From Minisyncoccota bacterium (GTDB lineage: Bacteria > Patescibacteriota > Minisyncoccia > Phycocordibacterales > UBA9973): a DNA stretch of 64,000 nucleotides. Of this stretch, positions 61,657 to 64,000 are shown one piece after another. The notes under the pieces were generated by a model, which saw nothing but the letters and a program-made list of their open reading frames with translations, was not told where the DNA came from and did no database searches. A program made the position numbers and the translations under genes. The first letter of the stretch is position 1, and each line of letters begins with the position of its first letter. The stretch spans positions 124,029 to 188,028 of the forward strand of contig DASWWS010000002.1 of NCBI GenBank assembly GCA_036405895.1, read 5' to 3'.

Positions 61657-61935
61657 ATGGATAACACAACTCTCGGCCACACCTCTTTCGAACATATCCC
61701 CCACGAAGTTTTGCACCCAAAACGCAAGACCAATCGCCTGTGGACCCTTGTTCTTATTCTTATAATACTCGGATTATTCGGAACATTTTGGTATATCAAG
61801 CGCGATGAAATCATGGCAACCCCCGCGGCCGTTGTTTCTGTTTCCCCGGCTACAGCAACTGAATCACCAAGCGTAACCGATCTTGAAAGCGACCTTGCGA
61901 ACACCACAATTGCGGACTTTCACGAGGTGCTCTAA
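61657..61935 (+). CDS. membrane-anchored small protein
   Basis: TM helix LWTLVLILIILGLFGTFWYI. TATACT-N8-ATG. Confidence 0.55.
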   Translation: MDNTTLGHTSFEHIPHEVLHPKRKTNRLWTLVLILIILGLFGTFWYIKRDEIMATPAAVVSVSPATATESPSVTDLESDLANTTIADFHEVL

Positions 61936-61989
61936 GAGATTTTTCATACCCTCGTCATAGCGGAGTGCCTGTGTTAGAATGCCCCCACT

Positions 61990-63039
61990 ATGGCTACAGA
62001 AAAACAATACACAATCGAAACAACCAAACTTCCCGGAAGCCTTGTCGAAATGAAAGGCGAATTGTCTTGGGAGGCATTTTCAGCATTTGAAGATAAAACA
62101 TTTAAAGACATTGCAAGCCAGCTCGCTGTAGACGGATTCCGCAAAGGAAATGTTCCTGAAGCGGTTGCAAAGAAGCATATCGACGACGACATGTTGCTTG
62201 CTGAAATGGCACAACGCGCTATGGAGGAGTACTATCCAGAAATCGTGAAGGAACAAAAGCTCGACCTCATCGGACGCCCCGACCTTTCTATTACCAAACT
62301 CGCCCGCGGTAATGCGCTTGGTTTTACTATTCGCGCTGCAGTACTTCCTGATATCACTTTGCCTGACTACAAGGTACTTGCAAAAAAAGCATCTCCTGTT
62401 GAAACAGTAGAAACAACAGAAGAAGATATCGACAAAGTTGTTGAAGACCTCCGCCACATGCGCGCATACGGACACGTGCACAAAGGCGAAGACGCCCACA
62501 CTCACGGCCACACCGAAGAGCTTCCTGAAGTGAATGATGAATTTGCAAAATCATTCGGAAGTTTTGAAACGGTTGCATCAATGCGCGAAAAAATCCGCGA
62601 AAACATCACCCGTGAAAAAGGCCAAGAAGCGCAAGATAAACGCCGCATTGCGATCATGGAGAGTATTATCGCCGAGACATCATTTGATGTTCCTGACCTG
62701 GTGCTCAAAAGCGAACAGGAAAAAATGCTCTCTCAAATCGAAGCCGATGTAGCGCGCGCAGGATTTACCCTCGACGCGTACCTTACCCAAAGCCAGAAAA
62801 CAAAAGAAGGATTGCTTGAAGAATTCAAGCCCGAAGCCGAGAAGCGCGCGCGCTTCCAGCTCGTGATTAATGCAATTGCACGTGACGCAAAGATCATGCC
62901 AACAGATGAAGAAGTTGAGAAAGAAGCGGACCGCATGATGGCAACCTACCCCGGCGCCGACAAGGCCCGCGCCATGGCCTACGCTGACATGCTCCTAACC
63001 AACGAGCAGACACTCTCCCTTCTGGAGTCCGAAAAATAA
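61990..63039 (+). CDS. tig: trigger factor lacking the PPIase domain
   Basis: GFRKGNVP ribosome-binding signature and a C-terminal chaperone arm. Only 349 aa. A His-rich linker GHVHKGEDAHTHGHTE sits where the FKBP domain should be. Confidence 0.85.
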   Translation: MATEKQYTIETTKLPGSLVEMKGELSWEAFSAFEDKTFKDIASQLAVDGFRKGNVPEAVAKKHIDDDMLLAEMAQRAMEEYYPEIVKEQKLDLIGRPDLSITKLARGNALGFTIRAAVLPDITLPDYKVLAKKASPVETVETTEEDIDKVVEDLRHMRAYGHVHKGEDAHTHGHTEELPEVNDEFAKSFGSFETVASMREKIRENITREKGQEAQDKRRIAIMESIIAETSFDVPDLVLKSEQEKMLSQIEADVARAGFTLDAYLTQSQKTKEGLLEEFKPEAEKRARFQLVINAIARDAKIMPTDEEVEKEADRMMATYPGADKARAMAYADMLLTNEQTLSLLESEK

Positions 63040-63074
63040 AATAAAAAGGCCCCCGCTCACGCGGGGGTTTTTTG

Positions 63075-63395
63075 TTAATTGAATGCCGGAGTAAGTTCTT
63101 CACATTTTTTCCAGGCAACAATTACATGATCTTTTCGTTTTCGCTTCAATATCCGATTACATAAACGATGCAATCCTTGTGCTCGATGAGGTGAACGGGC
63201 TATAAGAGCAGCGAATAGCATTTTCACTCTAATGCAATACTGCGTTCCACTTTCACATTCTTCACTAATAACAGTAATTGATCGCAGTGCCTGAGCAAGT
63301 TTGAAGGGAATAATTTTTTTAAGAGCTGGGAGGGCGCATGAAACGTTTATCGTCCGTTCGCTTGCAGGTAGTTCTTTCATATAAAAGGGTTTCAT
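63075..63395 (-). CDS. hypothetical basic protein between tig and clpP
   Basis: ORF 63075..63398 (GTG, then ATG at 63395), with no recognisable motif. Coding status is uncertain. Confidence 0.35.
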   Translation of the reverse strand: MKPFYMKELPASERTINVSCALPALKKIIPFKLAQALRSITVISEECESGTQYCIRVKMLFAALIARSPHRAQGLHRLCNRILKRKRKDHVIVAWKKCEELTPAFN

Positions 63396-63522
63396 CACAG
63401 TCTAGTACACATTTTCCAATAGTCAATAGAGCTTCCGATTTTTATAAAAAATCGCTATAGTACAGGAGTCAGCATTCAGTCATTGCCGCATTCCCTTTTT
63501 AGTTTTAATTTATTTTCACACC

Positions 63523-64000
63523 ATGTTAATCCCAACCGTTATCGAAAAAACAGTCGGCGGCGAGCGCGCCTACGACATCTACTCACGCCTACTTAAGGAC
63601 CGCATTATTTTTCTTGGAGGGCCGATTGATGACCACACCGCAAACCTTGTTATTGCACAACTTCTCTTTTTGACCAACGAAGACTCCAAAAAAGATATTT
63701 ACCTCTATATCAATTCTCCAGGAGGAGTTATTACATCCGGCATGGCCATTTATGACACCATGCAATTCATCAAACCCGACGTAGCAACTATTTGCATCGG
63801 TATGGCGGCATCAATGGGGGCATTTCTCCTTGCAGGAGGGGCCAAAGGAAAGCGCTTTGCACTTCCAAATTCTGAAATTATGATTCACCAGCCATCCGGA
63901 GGCGCCGAAGGTCAGGCAACTGATATCGAAATCAGCGCGAAGCGCATTTTGAAAATGCGTTCAAAACTCAATCAGATTATGGCAAAAAATACTGGCCAAA
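63523..64000 (+). CDS. clpP: ATP-dependent Clp protease proteolytic subunit, N-terminal 159 aa (runs off window end)
   Basis: [33 protein letters not shown]...[11 protein letters not shown] (catalytic Ser)...IHQP (catalytic His). Confidence 0.95.
   Translation, partial: MLIPTVIEKTVGGERAYDIYSRLLKDRIIFLGGPIDDHTANLVIAQLLFLTNEDSKKDIYLYINSPGGVITSGMAIYDTMQFIKPDVATICIGMAASMGAFLLAGGAKGKRFALPNSEIMIHQPSGGAEGQATDIEISAKRILKMRSKLNQIMAKNTGQ

Noticed and set aside
1-64000. Alternative genetic code (UGA recoding as in some CPR lineages), rRNA genes, prophage or transposase genes
   Set aside because: All conserved genes are intact with standard stops and TGA is used as a terminator. I found no rRNA-like sequence, integrase, transposase or phage structural gene in the window.

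Overview
This 64 kb window is a gene-dense bacterial chromosome segment with about 95 features. It reads cleanly in the standard code, with no in-frame UGA problems. The gene content looks like a small-genome Patescibacteria/CPR (Parcubacteria-like) organism; this is an inference from many type IV pilin paralogs, ComEC, a type IV pilus (T4P) ATPase and platform, no L30, and short operons. The backbone is an almost complete minus-strand str/S10/spc ribosomal block: rpsL-rpsG-fusA-tuf-rpsJ-rplCDWB-rpsS-rplV-rpsC-rplP-rpsQ-rplNXE-rpsN-rpsH-rplFR-rpsE-rplO-secY-adk-map. Other housekeeping genes are recG, ftsH, smpB plus ssrA (tmRNA), truB, infC-rpmI-rplT, rpmB, rnhA, recJ, pgk, tpiA, nusA, ppa, tig and a partial clpP. 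The ribosomal block is interrupted by self-contained foreign modules: an unknown gene between rplE and rpsN, dgkA between rplB and rpsS, and two tiny ORFs between fusA and tuf. It also lacks L29 and L30 at their canonical positions. The least conventional region is 1.1-4.7 kb. It holds two tRNA-Ser genes, one with an apparent ACU anticodon. Each is followed by a paralogous 150-165 nt structured RNA that keeps the acceptor and T-stem sequence of its own neighbouring tRNA but replaces the rest with a conserved, covarying core. Next to these is an AT-rich array of single-gene cassettes (Pol-beta nucleotidyltransferase, WGR-domain protein, Tgs1-like RNA guanine-N2 methyltransferase) bounded by repeated tRNA-3'-end-like motifs and a duplicated ~130 bp module. 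A second accessory region (47.7-59.0 kb) carries a T4P-like machine (pilB, pilC, three pseudopilins, a PilX-like giant). It sits beside a five-gene operon of secreted Cys-knot/repeat proteins of unknown function. Window-wide regularities include a TGnTAnAnT -10 box placed 6-8 nt from many ATGs, implying leaderless mRNAs. There is also a family of GGAC-N-GTCC palindromes at gene ends. All functional calls rest on motif recognition by eye. No database search or folding computation was run.
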